Shown here piece after piece: positions 18,960 to 29,189 of a DNA stretch of 64,000 bases. Under the pieces are notes generated by a model that was not told where the DNA came from, ran no database searches, and saw only the letters and a program-made list of their open reading frames with translations. The translations under genes and the position numbers were made by a program. The DNA comes from Candidatus Sumerlaeales bacterium (lineage in GTDB: Bacteria > Sumerlaeota > Sumerlaeia > Sumerlaeales > Sumerlaeaceae): positions 32,001 to 96,000 of the forward strand of contig JBBSQY010000002.1 of NCBI GenBank assembly GCA_038243585.1. The letters run 5' to 3'. Position 1 is the first letter of the stretch; each line of letters starts with the position of its first letter.

Positions 18960-20168
18960 CTAATCCGGAACAACATAACCCTTCACCATCCAGACTTCAG
19001 CTTGCGCGGAAAAAGCGTTAGTGGTCGTCAGCGCCACTACAGTGTCGTCATCCAATATTGTCAGACTGTTCCACAAACCAAAGCTGCCGGGTGGAATATC
19101 AAAGGGTTCCGATTTGCGGCCGAAATTACGTGCCCGGCTGTCGCCAATAACTACCTTCATTTCTGAATATCTAAGGTGATTTTTACGCCCCTCTGTTCCC
19201 TGATACGAGAGCAGCGTCTCGCCTGTGCTGAGCTGTCTAAGCCACGGGGCGCCAGCGTAGCGACGAGTGCCTATCCGCCGGCTCAGTGCATACTCGCGGT
19301 TGACACTGATCGGCCCTACTGGCTCTGACCAGTCATTGTCCACAAGGGTGCGTATTAGTGCCGGTTTAAAATAACCAAGCCAGCCGAGATCCTCTATTGC
19401 GCATACAATTTCTTTGCCGTTTCGCAAAAGCAGGGGAGAAGGCATGCCATCGCGCGCTCCTCCACGAAAACTTACCGTCTCCGGGTTTCTAGTCCAAGTC
19501 AAACCGCTATCGGACGACCTCAGTAGGGAAATGTTTTGTTCTTCTGATTTACGGTATGGACTTTCATTGGCAAAATAAATTTGTATTTCACCATTGGGAA
19601 GCTGTATGGCGGCGGGCTCCCAGCAGCCGTCTTCAAATTTATGTCCCGCCTCGTGAACCAGCCGACCGTGCTTCCAGGTGCGGCCTCCATCATAGCTTTT
19701 CCGAGTGCGAATCCCAAAATTACGGGACCCGCTAATCTTGTAAGGGCGAGGATTGTAACAAGCGAGAATGGATTTGTCATGCAGTTCAATCACGTGCGGT
19801 GCCGCCATGTTAATCCCATCTTGTCTCCAGGCTACCACCACTGGATCCTGCCATGTTTTTCCGCGGTTGACGCTTTTTGTTGCCCTGATGGAACCGTCCG
19901 CCTCATACACACAGAGCAGGGATCCGTCGCTTAACTGGGCCATGCGCGGGTAGCTGCTTTGACTAAATGCATCGTCAGAGACGCGAACCAGTGTGTCGCG
20001 ATCCCATAAGACGCGAATTCCCAAATCTGACGGCGGGGATGGATTTTCAAACGTTCGTTTAATGAAAGTTAAAAGTGGCGCTGGAATGTTCGGCATCTCC
20101 GCGCCTTCAAAGAATGGAACGGAAATAAGGTGCAGAAAAAATGAGAGAAGCTTAAGCATAGACTCCAT
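18960..20168 (-). CDS. Sialidase/BNR (Asp-box) repeat glycoside hydrolase-like protein
   Basis: SYPRM; Asp boxes SVNRGKTW, SYDGGRTW and SSDSGLTW; RDGMP. Start uncertain. Confidence 0.8.
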   Translation of the reverse strand: MESMLKLLSFFLHLISVPFFEGAEMPNIPAPLLTFIKRTFENPSPPSDLGIRVLWDRDTLVRVSDDAFSQSSYPRMAQLSDGSLLCVYEADGSIRATKSVNRGKTWQDPVVVAWRQDGINMAAPHVIELHDKSILACYNPRPYKISGSRNFGIRTRKSYDGGRTWKHGRLVHEAGHKFEDGCWEPAAIQLPNGEIQIYFANESPYRKSEEQNISLLRSSDSGLTWTRNPETVSFRGGARDGMPSPLLLRNGKEIVCAIEDLGWLGYFKPALIRTLVDNDWSEPVGPISVNREYALSRRIGTRRYAGAPWLRQLSTGETLLSYQGTEGRKNHLRYSEMKVVIGDSRARNFGRKSEPFDIPPGSFGLWNSLTILDDDTVVALTTTNAFSAQAEVWMVKGYVVPD

Positions 20169-20271
20169 GTAAAAACAGAACTTTTAAATCTACTAATACC
20201 AAACCTGCGCAGATTTGCGGAAGAGTCAACCATCGAAAAAGTTAAGTCGGCATGAAGGGCAAGCGCAGGCG

Positions 20272-20307
20272 AAAAAAAGGGCGCGGCCTGAGGATACAGG
20301 CCGCGCC
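20272..20307 (-). terminator. Rho-independent terminator
   Basis: GGCGCGGCCTG-AGGATA-CAGGCCGCGCC hairpin with a T7 tract on the minus strand, after the C39-like gene. Confidence 0.85.
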
Positions 20308-20329
20308 ATTAGATACATATTCCGTGATG

Positions 20330-22465
20330 TTAGAAAAGCGGAACTATTCGCACCGCATCGGCAACAACAACAAACCCTGCGGTAGTCCAACACGACAGCT
20401 TCACGTTTTTAGCGCCTGTCGATAACGTTTGGGTTCCCAGTGTTTGCCATGCTCCGCCTCCGCCCTGCTGATTCTTCTGCACACTTCCGCCGTTGGGCAT
20501 AACATATGACGCTGCTGCTGCCCTGTTTGATCCTGCGGTCCACCAGGCGTCTACCCGATAGCTGCCGGCCTGCGTGATAGTAAAGTTCCATGTCGCTGCA
20601 TCGCTTACTGCCTGCGTTGAACGAAACCGGTAATTACTGCCGTATTTATCAGAGGCAGATGTTCCAGAGCTCCAGCTTGAGGAGGCGGAAAAGCCGCTAT
20701 CCGTATTATCCACAATTATCGTGGGCGGAGGAACATTTTGAGTCTGCCGACACCAGATATAGCAGTGAACGGTGTTCATGTTCGAATAGCCGTTATTGTA
20801 GCCGGGCCAATCATAACGCGCCATACGACCATCGTTGCTTGGGTATGAGCCTGTGTTCTTGTTTCCATAGGGATCATTAAAGATCAATGTATGCTGGTTT
20901 TTCACGTAGCCAATGCAAAGAGGATAGTGACCGGCAGAAGTGATGCTGGTCAGAATGACGAACGGGTAATTATTGTCAATGTCCGTACGTGCCTTCGCTA
21001 TGGTGGGGCTCCAGTCTACGGCACTGGAGGGGCCGTGCTGGTTTATAAAATCTCGCATATACCCCTTCGTATCAACCCAGTTATTTCGGGTTATGTAGCC
21101 AAAACCACCGCGACCGGTAGTTCCGTTCGGGTCTTGCGACGTTGCGCTGTAGGTGTTGCCGTTGAAAGTATACTGGTTCGGGATATACCATCCGTAATCG
21201 CTGTTGTGAGGGGTCGGCCATGATGATGTCATTGGGTGCTTGGGTAGTATGTTATAGTATTGAATGCCCATCAATGCCGCTGCGGCGTTGCAGCTTGAAT
21301 TGCCGTTCCACCAGTCAGGGGTATCATTGTTCTGGTGGATATAGGGGACATTGCTGAGATAAACGGTCGAGCCCGTGTCCACAACGGAATTGGCCTGAAC
21401 CGTTTCAGGTTGCACTACGGCGACCTTTAGAGAAGAGGCCTTAGAAGCATCAGATGCCTCGTCCAGTTGGACTGAAACTGACTCTGTCCATGCCTGCCCG
21501 TCAGAAGCCAGTCCAACTTGAAGCGCATTTGAAGCGACTCGAGCGCTTGCGCCAGGTGCGGCTGTGGCGGAAAAGGCGACAGCCACGCCGTTTGCCGTGG
21601 CAACCGCATCACCGGCAGTCGTAGCTAGAACGCCTTTGCTTTTGCCAGAAATTTTTACCGCTATAAGATCGCTACGCGTTACCGAGACTCCGTCAATTAC
21701 CGTTTTGTCCGTGTAGGCAATGGTTGAATCATCCAGCCACGAGGGATTGGAACCTATGCCTAAAATTTTCACTTTTGACCTGTTCTTTTTGACCACGGCA
21801 ACATCACCAGTTACGGTCTGCACTAAAAGATTTTTTCCATTTGGAGAGAAGATGGGGCCAAAATACGATGCCTTGTTATCTGTCGCCTTTTTACGCTTTC
21901 CAGTTTTTACATCAATGATAATAATCTGATCCGCCTCGTCGTTGTAGGCGATTCTGTTTCCGTCACCGGAAATGGCCAGCAGATTAACATGATGCCCCAG
22001 GTCGAAAGTCGCAACAATGCTGCCATCCGCCGCTTGTACACTAAGTTCATTTTCTACTGTATAAGCGATGCGTCCACTATCGCTGATTGCGGGGGTGCCG
22101 GCAAGAGCAGACGTCGCTAAAAGCGTTGTTTTGTCTGCGGCGGAATCGTATAAAGCCGGACTTTGTAAGCCATTTTCCGCGTTAATGGATTTAAACGCCA
22201 CAAGGCTTGAATTAGCCGAAATAGATGCGCCATAACCTGCCGTGGAGCCGCCGCTGACCTTGTGAACTTTTCCTGAAAGCGTATTCATCAGGTGAAGTTC
22301 CTGCCCGTTGCCGTTGGTGACTAATAAGTGACCGGAGTCCGGGGAAATTGCAACAGGACGAGCGACAGAAGATGCCATAGCAACGTCTGCTCCGCCGCAC
22401 CATGCGGCACCTGCAAAAACTGAAACAGCACCGATTACTACACCTCTTGATAAAATGTTAACCAT
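20330..22465 (-). CDS. Secreted TolB/WD40-like propeller + C39-like cysteine peptidase + Golvesin-like domain protein
   Basis: Signal peptide from ATG 22465. AISPDS and FSPNG repeats. VPYIHQ..SSC / GHY / NDPYG triad. C-terminal IIVDN..ADAVR domain. Confidence 0.8.
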   Translation of the reverse strand: MVNILSRGVVIGAVSVFAGAAWCGGADVAMASSVARPVAISPDSGHLLVTNGNGQELHLMNTLSGKVHKVSGGSTAGYGASISANSSLVAFKSINAENGLQSPALYDSAADKTTLLATSALAGTPAISDSGRIAYTVENELSVQAADGSIVATFDLGHHVNLLAISGDGNRIAYNDEADQIIIIDVKTGKRKKATDNKASYFGPIFSPNGKNLLVQTVTGDVAVVKKNRSKVKILGIGSNPSWLDDSTIAYTDKTVIDGVSVTRSDLIAVKISGKSKGVLATTAGDAVATANGVAVAFSATAAPGASARVASNALQVGLASDGQAWTESVSVQLDEASDASKASSLKVAVVQPETVQANSVVDTGSTVYLSNVPYIHQNNDTPDWWNGNSSCNAAAALMGIQYYNILPKHPMTSSWPTPHNSDYGWYIPNQYTFNGNTYSATSQDPNGTTGRGGFGYITRNNWVDTKGYMRDFINQHGPSSAVDWSPTIAKARTDIDNNYPFVILTSITSAGHYPLCIGYVKNQHTLIFNDPYGNKNTGSYPSNDGRMARYDWPGYNNGYSNMNTVHCYIWCRQTQNVPPPTIIVDNTDSGFSASSSWSSGTSASDKYGSNYRFRSTQAVSDAATWNFTITQAGSYRVDAWWTAGSNRAAAASYVMPNGGSVQKNQQGGGGAWQTLGTQTLSTGAKNVKLSCWTTAGFVVVADAVRIVPLF

Positions 22466-22986
22466 TACAGATTTTTCCTTCCTTAAGAAAGCAAGGGTTT
22501 CCAAAGCCGCTGTGCAAAGGCCGATCGGGAAATCAGCTGTGGCTATGGCCAATCATAATTGTTAGGGTAACTTACGACGATCGCGTGGTCGAAAAATTAT
22601 TTTGTCTGGCGCCTCCATGAGCAAAAAGATTAGATCGGAGTTCGTGCTAGCAGAAAATGCCCCAATCGTTTATTGCGTACATTGTTCCATACATAAGGGA
22701 ATCGACAAGCCATATGAGCGACAGTCAACCTCAACGATTACGATTTTGTCAAAATTTACAACAAATTGCTAATTCGGAACCAACCTACCCTTTTACACGA
22801 CTGTCGGATATTTCCGCTGCTCATCATAATTAGGCACATCATACTTTCATATAGTTGCTTTTGATTACTCGAGCAAGCAGGTGCGTTTCCGGTTGCGTTT
22901 TTTCCAACGAGATACTTTTTTCTTTTATAACTGTCAAAAGTCATGTCTTACATATTACCCACCTCAACAGCCGAAGGAATTGCCCC

Positions 22987-23673
22987 ATGAACGTTTTAAA
23001 TGCTGCCCTAGTTGCTGCCACCATAGCCGTCGCCGTAGCCGGATCCTCGCCGGCATTTGCTCAACACACCAGCACCACGTTATCGCATGCCGCGGTCTCA
23101 ACCACCACGGCCGACAAAGAGTGGATTAGCCTGTGGGACGGGAAGACCTTCGATAACTGGAAGATCTCCGAACCGCAGCACGAGGCCTGGAGCATAAAAG
23201 ACGGAAGCATCGTGGCCCAGGGAAACCGCAGCCACCTTTTTTATACGGGCGACCACCAGCCGTTTAAGAACTTTGAGCTTCAAATGGATGTTAAAACCAC
23301 CTCTGGCTCCAATGGCGGCGTTTTCATTCACACACAGTGGCAAGACGAAAATTGGCCGAAGCACGGCTACGAAATCCAGGTCGACCAGACCCATAGCGAC
23401 TGGCGCCGCAGCGGCAGCATCTATGAGGTCAGCAATGTCAAAGAGACCTATGTCAAAGACGACGAATGGTACTCAATGCATATCACGGTAAATGGCAAAC
23501 ACATCATGGTAGAACTAAACGACCAGGTTGTGACCGACTGGACGGAAGAAGCGGATCGCCAGCCCGGCGAGGACTTCACCCGCATCCTCACCTCCGGCAC
23601 AATAGCGCTCCAGGCCCACGATCCAAAAAGCATAGTGAAATACAAAAACATCAAAATTAAACCGCTGGACTAG
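22987..23673 (+). CDS. DUF1080 (3-keto-disaccharide hydrolase-like) secreted protein
   Basis: WISLWDGKT, SNGGVF, GYEIQV, GSIY, GTIALQAHD, YKNIKIK. Signal peptide. Confidence 0.9.
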   Translation: MNVLNAALVAATIAVAVAGSSPAFAQHTSTTLSHAAVSTTTADKEWISLWDGKTFDNWKISEPQHEAWSIKDGSIVAQGNRSHLFYTGDHQPFKNFELQMDVKTTSGSNGGVFIHTQWQDENWPKHGYEIQVDQTHSDWRRSGSIYEVSNVKETYVKDDEWYSMHITVNGKHIMVELNDQVVTDWTEEADRQPGEDFTRILTSGTIALQAHDPKSIVKYKNIKIKPLD

Positions 23674-24245
23674 TCTGATTGGGCGGTTCCCGTGCGAAAG
23701 ATATCACCCCGTGACAATGTCCCGTTGGTGGCATTGTAGGTCCACGACGGTGCCTCTATGAGCCCGCCGTTCATATACCCGTTACGCACGGAATTTCCTT
23801 CGCTCACCCCATCGGGTCCTCGGCTCCGAAGCAGCCAGCGGTGGGTCGGCACCGCCGGCATCAAGGCATGGTTGTTTGGAAAGCTCCGGAAGTTTGTGTA
23901 TGAAATCCAGTCTCCAGCGCTGCCGGCCGTCGACTCGGTAAAACGATAAAAAGGATCACGTCCCGGAATAGTAGCAAGATATGCAACAGGAGTGGTTAAA
24001 TAAAAATATCGATCAGGATATTCCACTTCGCTACCGTCTGTCAGACGGTGGGGAGGATACGCATTATTATCCGCAGAGTAAATTTCGATAGCGCCAGCCA
24101 ACGTTCGAATATCCGATTTTACCGCACTTATTTTGGCTCGGGTCTGAGCCTCTAGAAAATTAGGAACCGCGATAGCAGCCAAAATAGCGATAATAGCGAC
24201 CACAATCAGTAGTTCAATAAGAGTAAACGCCCTACGAAATTTCAT
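23670..24245 (-). CDS. Prepilin-type N-terminal cleavage/methylation domain protein
   Basis: RRA|FTLIELLIVVAIIAILAAIAVPNF, LTTPVAY, SRGPD, YNATNGTLSRGDI. Confidence 0.9.
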   Translation of the reverse strand: MKFRRAFTLIELLIVVAIIAILAAIAVPNFLEAQTRAKISAVKSDIRTLAGAIEIYSADNNAYPPHRLTDGSEVEYPDRYFYLTTPVAYLATIPGRDPFYRFTESTAGSAGDWISYTNFRSFPNNHALMPAVPTHRWLLRSRGPDGVSEGNSVRNGYMNGGLIEAPSWTYNATNGTLSRGDIFRTGTAQSD

Positions 24246-24256
24246 AACTTGTCATG

Positions 24257-25663
24257 TTAACCAAGTTTAACATGGACCGCTGTTGGCGGCTTTTCGACTC
24301 TTTTTTCAATTTCGGCTTCCTTAGTCTTCTCACTGCTTTTCTTCGCTGTATACATTGCTTCGTCTGCATGCTTAAGAAGGCGTCCAGCTTCCTCCCCGTG
24401 CTCTGGAAACAAGGCAATCCCGATACTCGGCTCTACACAAATTGTAAAATCGCCGAACGTAACCGGTTCACTAACAGCGCCGCGAATTTTTTCCGAAACT
24501 ATATTGGCACACTGTGGACATATGATATCTTCCAGCAAAACAACAAACTCATCGCCTCCCATTCGGGCTACTGTGTCCGAATCCCGCAGACATTTCTTTA
24601 TACGAATTGCTACTTTCTGCAACAACATGTCGCCCGCCTCGTGACCATGCAAATCGTTAACCTGCTTAAATTCGTTCAGATCAATATACAAGACAGCCAT
24701 ATGTCCATGTCTTCGCCGATGAGTTCTAGACAACATCCTCTCCAGACGATCATGTAGAAGCGCCCGATTTGGCAGACCAGTCAGTTTGTCATGGTGTGCC
24801 ATATGTTGGAGACGTGAGTGCATCTTCTTTCGCTCAATCGCTGTCACCACCTGGGTCGACACGAACTGCACCAGTTCCACATCCTTTTCCGTATAACACG
24901 AAACGCCCGCGTCGCTTTTTAAGATCAATGCTCCAATTGTGATTTTGTTGGATGTTAGAGGAACGCCCATCCAGCATAACGCGTTGCAGCCGCTCACGGC
25001 GTGCAATTTTTCAGGAATGTCCTGCAAAGAGTTGGGGGTCAGTAACAGCGCCTGACCCGTTTCAATTATCTCTGCGCAAAATGCGCTCGTGGCCTGCACG
25101 TGAGGCGCATGCGGCACTTCTTCTTCGTCCATCTGGTAGGGATAAGTCAGAGCATCCGTGTCTTCATCATACAGTGCCACCGAAAGGCTTGTAACCGGCA
25201 GAAGCTTTCCGATAATCTGATGAATCAGATGAAACAATGCCTTCAGATCTTCTGCCGCGTGCGCCGCCTCGGAAATGGCGTAAACCGCAGCCTGCAGTGA
25301 CTCCGCCTGTTTGCGCGCCGTGATGTCCCGCGCAACAGCAATTCTTAAATGATCAACCTCTGACCACCGCGCCGACCACATGATGTGCACCACTTGCCCG
25401 TCTTTGCGAACGTACCTGTTTTCAAACGTAAACCTTGGATCTCCCGACATAATCTCACCGGCTGCCTCCAGCGTACGCTCCCGGTCATCCGGGGCCACAA
25501 GATCGATCATCTGAGTACCGATAACTTCCTCCGGCGAATACCCAAATATCTGTTCAAATGCAGCGCTCACAAATACAAAGCGACCTTCAGCATCGACGAC
25601 ACAGACCGCCTCAAGCAACAGGTCCAAAAAACCGGTTAAAGGCTCAAAATCTCCGATTTTCAT
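24257..25663 (-). CDS. Diguanylate cyclase (PAS-GAF-GGDEF)
   Basis: PAS and GAF domains, DKLTGLPNR, RxxD I-site (RDSD), intact GGDEF. Confidence 0.92.
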   Translation of the reverse strand: MKIGDFEPLTGFLDLLLEAVCVVDAEGRFVFVSAAFEQIFGYSPEEVIGTQMIDLVAPDDRERTLEAAGEIMSGDPRFTFENRYVRKDGQVVHIMWSARWSEVDHLRIAVARDITARKQAESLQAAVYAISEAAHAAEDLKALFHLIHQIIGKLLPVTSLSVALYDEDTDALTYPYQMDEEEVPHAPHVQATSAFCAEIIETGQALLLTPNSLQDIPEKLHAVSGCNALCWMGVPLTSNKITIGALILKSDAGVSCYTEKDVELVQFVSTQVVTAIERKKMHSRLQHMAHHDKLTGLPNRALLHDRLERMLSRTHRRRHGHMAVLYIDLNEFKQVNDLHGHEAGDMLLQKVAIRIKKCLRDSDTVARMGGDEFVVLLEDIICPQCANIVSEKIRGAVSEPVTFGDFTICVEPSIGIALFPEHGEEAGRLLKHADEAMYTAKKSSEKTKEAEIEKRVEKPPTAVHVKLG

Positions 25664-25890
25664 AAATAACAATAATCCCTATTAATGGCAACACGCATCT
25701 TCCAACAGAACTTGCAGAACCATCTAGACTTTTCTATCAATCCCCTTTCACCTCCGCAATCATAATCGTATCTTTGGTAATATAGATAATACCTGACCGT
25801 TCCGTAGCCGCTATTTGCATCAGCACTAAATGTTTCCACCATAACACTATAACTGAACCTGAACAATCCAAATCCTTGGAGAAGCGCCCC

Positions 25891-27051
25891 ATGTCTCTAG
25901 TCGCCGATCAGCCAACCAAAACTTTCAGCCCCGCCGCCCGCGCCCTCCCTTCCTTTATGGAAGACCAGGTGCGCCACGCTGGTCTCGGGAGCATTTACGA
26001 CAAGGTTCTGGCGGGGGAGCGGCTTTCCCGTGAGGACGGGCTAACTCTCTTCGCCGCCCGCGAGCTCAACCTTGTCGGCGCTCTGGCAAACATTGTCCGC
26101 GAGCGTAAAAACGGCGATATCACCTATTTCAATCGTAACCTCCACATCAACTACACCAACATCTGCAACAAGCAGTGCCTCTTTTGCGCCTTCGATCGTC
26201 TGCCCGGCGAAGAGGGCGGCTACGTCATGTACGAGGCGGAAATCCAAGAGCGTTTCAGCCGCTGGGAGGGCATCCCCATCAGCGAGGTTCACATGGTTGC
26301 CGGCATCCACCCGCGGCTGCCGTTCGAGTATTATACCGATCTGCTGCGCATGGTGAAACGCATTCGCCCCGACATCCACATCAAAGCATTTACCATGATC
26401 GAGCTGGCCCAGATGGCCCGCAAGGCCCAGTTGCCCCTGGAAGAGACGATAATGCTGCTGAAAGAGGCCGGCTTGGACAGTTGCCCCGGCGGCGGCTGCG
26501 AAGTCCTCAGCGACCGCGTCCACAAAGAACTGTTTCGCCTGAAACTGAAGCCGGAGCAATGGCTGGAAACCCAGCGGATGGTGCACAAATGCGGCCTCCG
26601 CAGCAACGCCACCATGCTGTACGGTCACATCGAGACAATGGAAGAGCGCGTGGAACACTTTGAGAAGCTGCGCGAATTACAGGATGAAACCGGCGGCTTT
26701 CAGACTTTTATCCCGCTGGCCTTTCACCCGGATAACACGGAAATCAGCCACCTGCCGCCGACCACGGGCTTCGACGACTTAAAAGTCATCGCCGTATCGC
26801 GCCTGATGCTGGACAATTTCCCCCACATTAAAGGCTACTGGACCATGATCAGCCCCCGCCTGGCCCAGGTGTCTCTCAGTTACGGCTCCGACGACATGGA
26901 CGGCACCATTCTGGAAGAAAAAATCACCCACGAGGCCGGTGCCCTTACCCCCCAAAGCCTGACGCTGGAATACTTCGTTCGTCTCATAAAAGAAGCCGGT
27001 CGAATCCCCGTAGAGCGGGACACCTTGTACAATGAACTGGGGCGGTTCTAA
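25891..27051 (+). CDS. mqnE: Aminofutalosine synthase (radical SAM, futalosine menaquinone pathway)
   Basis: CNKQCLFC, HIKAFT, PGGG, NATMLYGHIET, FIPLAF, PHIKGYW, EEKITHEAG, ERDTLY. Confidence 0.88.
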   Translation: MSLVADQPTKTFSPAARALPSFMEDQVRHAGLGSIYDKVLAGERLSREDGLTLFAARELNLVGALANIVRERKNGDITYFNRNLHINYTNICNKQCLFCAFDRLPGEEGGYVMYEAEIQERFSRWEGIPISEVHMVAGIHPRLPFEYYTDLLRMVKRIRPDIHIKAFTMIELAQMARKAQLPLEETIMLLKEAGLDSCPGGGCEVLSDRVHKELFRLKLKPEQWLETQRMVHKCGLRSNATMLYGHIETMEERVEHFEKLRELQDETGGFQTFIPLAFHPDNTEISHLPPTTGFDDLKVIAVSRLMLDNFPHIKGYWTMISPRLAQVSLSYGSDDMDGTILEEKITHEAGALTPQSLTLEYFVRLIKEAGRIPVERDTLYNELGRF

Positions 27052-27054
27052 GAA

Positions 27055-27186
27055 GTAGCATAGGCGTCCCGCCTGTGTAGTCCCCGGCTGCACAAAAACG
27101 CTTAGCAATTCACCAATCCCCGCACGACCGCAACGTCGGCGACTTCTGAGAAAATCGCAGCTACACAGGCGAGACGCCTATGCTAC
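27055..27186. repeat. GTAG-type REP/REPIN or MITE-like element, copy 1
   Basis: 26-bp inverted arms GTAGCATAGGCGTCCCGCCTGTGTAG (27055-27080) and CTACACAGGCGAGACGCCTATGCTAC (27161-27186), 25/26 complementary, 80-bp spacer. Confidence 0.85.
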
Positions 27187-27234
27187 CTCAAGATTGGCCT
27201 GACACACACAGTTCTACCAAGCTATTTTACTAGT

Positions 27235-27279
27235 TTCTCCACTGTTTCTCCACAATCACGACGGTCTTCCTGTGGAAAA
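27235..27279. promoter_or_regulatory. Cluster of DnaA-box-like sites upstream of dnaB
   Basis: TTCTCCACT (27235), TTCTCCACA (27246) and TGTGGAAAA (27271; reads TTTTCCACA on the minus strand), compared with TTWTNCACA. Confidence 0.5.
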
Positions 27280-27396
27280 ACCTGTGACTTGATTAATAAA
27301 ATCACGCATCCGAATCTTTCCATTGCGAACCCTTAACCAGACCTGAGTATTGCAACTTGCTGATAGCGTAACGCCGAATCTGGAGCCCCTAAACCC

Positions 27397-28881
27397 GTGT
27401 CTGAAACCTTTACTAAAAGACCCCGCACCCAAGTAGTCGACGCGCAAAAAGGCGCCCGTCCCATGGACGTAGCCCAAAACCTGCCTTACTCGACAGACGC
27501 GGAAAAAGCCGTTCTCGGTGCGATGATACTGGATGTGGAGCAAATAGAACAGGTTCTTGGCGTCGTCAAACCTAACTGTTTTTATCATCGTCGGCACGAA
27601 CTGCTGTTCGAGGCAATTCTTGAACTGCACGAAAAAGGTCAGGCTATTGACTTTACAACGCTGACCACAGAGATGCGCCGTCGCACGCAGCTTGAAGAAG
27701 TCGGCGGTCCTGGCTACATTGTCGGTCTTGAACAGTATGTATTTTCCACGGCGAACGCCCCGGATCACGCCCGCATCGTTTTTCAGAAGCACCAGCTCCG
27801 TGAGCTGATTCGTATCGCTGAAGTCATTCGCGGACAGGCCGAAACGGAAGCCGACGACGTTGGCCTGTTGCTTGACCATGCGGAAAAAATGATTTTTGAT
27901 CTCAGCGAGCAACGGACCACACGCGACTTCCGGGATGTGGGATCGCTAACGGTTGAGACGCTGGAAGAAATTGAACGCCGGAGCAAAATGTCTCATGAGG
28001 TTTCCGGCGTGGCCACCGGGTATTCCGATCTGGACGAGTGGACCGGTGGCCTGCAAGCCAGTGATTTGATCATTCTGGCGGCGCGCCCTTCAGTCGGTAA
28101 AACGGCTCTCGCTTTAAATATGGTGTGCAATATCGGGGCGGGTTTAAGAAACCGTAAAATTGTACCGGAAGCGCGGCGCGGTGTAGGTGTATTTTCTCTT
28201 GAAATGAGCTGCTCGCAGGTCAATATGCGTTTGCTGTCGACCATCAGCACAGTGCCCATGCACAAGATGCGCAGCGGGAAGCTTAATGCCAGCGACCACC
28301 GCCGTATCAACGAGTACGCTGAACTGCTTCATGATGCGCCTATCTACGTTGACGATACGCCTGGCATATCCGTGCTGGAGCTAAGGGCAAAAGCACGGCG
28401 TCTGGCGGCGCGGGTACCTAATCTTTCCTTGATTATTATCGATTACCTCCAGCTTATGCGCGGCAGCGGCTTGCGCAGCGCTGATAATCGGCAGCAGGAA
28501 GTGTCTGAGATATCTCGAAGCCTGAAAGCCCTCGCGCGCGAGCTGAATCTCCCTATCATCGCCCTCAGTCAGCTAAGTCGTATGATTGAACAGCGCAAAG
28601 GAAAGAATTCCCGCCCGATGCTGAGCGATCTGAGAGAATCGGGCGCCATCGAGCAGGACGCCGATGTAGTAATGTTTCTCCACCGCGAAAAAAATTATGA
28701 CAAAAAAGATGGTGATGACGAAGAGCAGCGCACGGCGGATATTACCGCGGAACCGGCTGAACTGATTATCGGTAAACAGCGTAATGGTCCAATAGGAACC
28801 ATTGACCTGGTCTTTTTTCGTCAGACCGCCACCTACCATAACCTGCACCACCAGCCAGGAGACGATGAGCCTGGCTATTAG
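27397..28881 (+). CDS. dnaB: Replicative DNA helicase
   Basis: AEKAVLG, AARPSVGKT, FSLEM, IIDYLQL, LSQLSR, LRESGAIEQDAD, KQRNGP. No intein. Confidence 0.97.
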   Translation: MSETFTKRPRTQVVDAQKGARPMDVAQNLPYSTDAEKAVLGAMILDVEQIEQVLGVVKPNCFYHRRHELLFEAILELHEKGQAIDFTTLTTEMRRRTQLEEVGGPGYIVGLEQYVFSTANAPDHARIVFQKHQLRELIRIAEVIRGQAETEADDVGLLLDHAEKMIFDLSEQRTTRDFRDVGSLTVETLEEIERRSKMSHEVSGVATGYSDLDEWTGGLQASDLIILAARPSVGKTALALNMVCNIGAGLRNRKIVPEARRGVGVFSLEMSCSQVNMRLLSTISTVPMHKMRSGKLNASDHRRINEYAELLHDAPIYVDDTPGISVLELRAKARRLAARVPNLSLIIIDYLQLMRGSGLRSADNRQQEVSEISRSLKALARELNLPIIALSQLSRMIEQRKGKNSRPMLSDLRESGAIEQDADVVMFLHREKNYDKKDGDDEEQRTADITAEPAELIIGKQRNGPIGTIDLVFFRQTATYHNLHHQPGDDEPGY

Positions 28882-28950
28882 CTAGAGAATTACGAATTTG
28901 AAATCAGGGCTAAACGGTAAGTTTTACTATTTTCAGGTAAGGATACTTAT

Positions 28951-29154
28951 ATGAAATATGTCGCTCGCATCTCTATGCTGGAACGCCATCCGGACGGCAC
29001 ATCTCGCAACTTTGAAGTCACTCGAATCGTCGACGGATCTGTAAGCGTAGCCGAACTTATGAAGTGGCGCAACTCGAAGGTTCACGATCCCATAAACGGT
29101 GAATACGCAAGTCGCGAAATTAAGCTGACCCCTGACGATGGCGACGTGGAATAG
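28951..29154 (+). CDS. Small hypothetical protein (67 aa)
   Basis: ATG with AAGGA upstream; same strand as its neighbours; protein-like composition. Confidence 0.55.
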   Translation: MKYVARISMLERHPDGTSRNFEVTRIVDGSVSVAELMKWRNSKVHDPINGEYASREIKLTPDDGDVE

Positions 29155-29189
29155 CATTTGCATAGGTTTTAGATAGAGGATTTTACCAG

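Noticed and set aside
22466..22986. Long intergenic region as a riboswitch or ncRNA
   Set aside because: I recognised no c-di-AMP, c-di-GMP or other aptamer consensus. Two divergent promoters explain it, though an Rfam/Infernal scan would be needed to exclude an RNA.
27055..27186. Repeats as a CRISPR array
   Set aside because: The arms are inverted pairs, not tandem direct repeats with spacers, and there are no cas genes.
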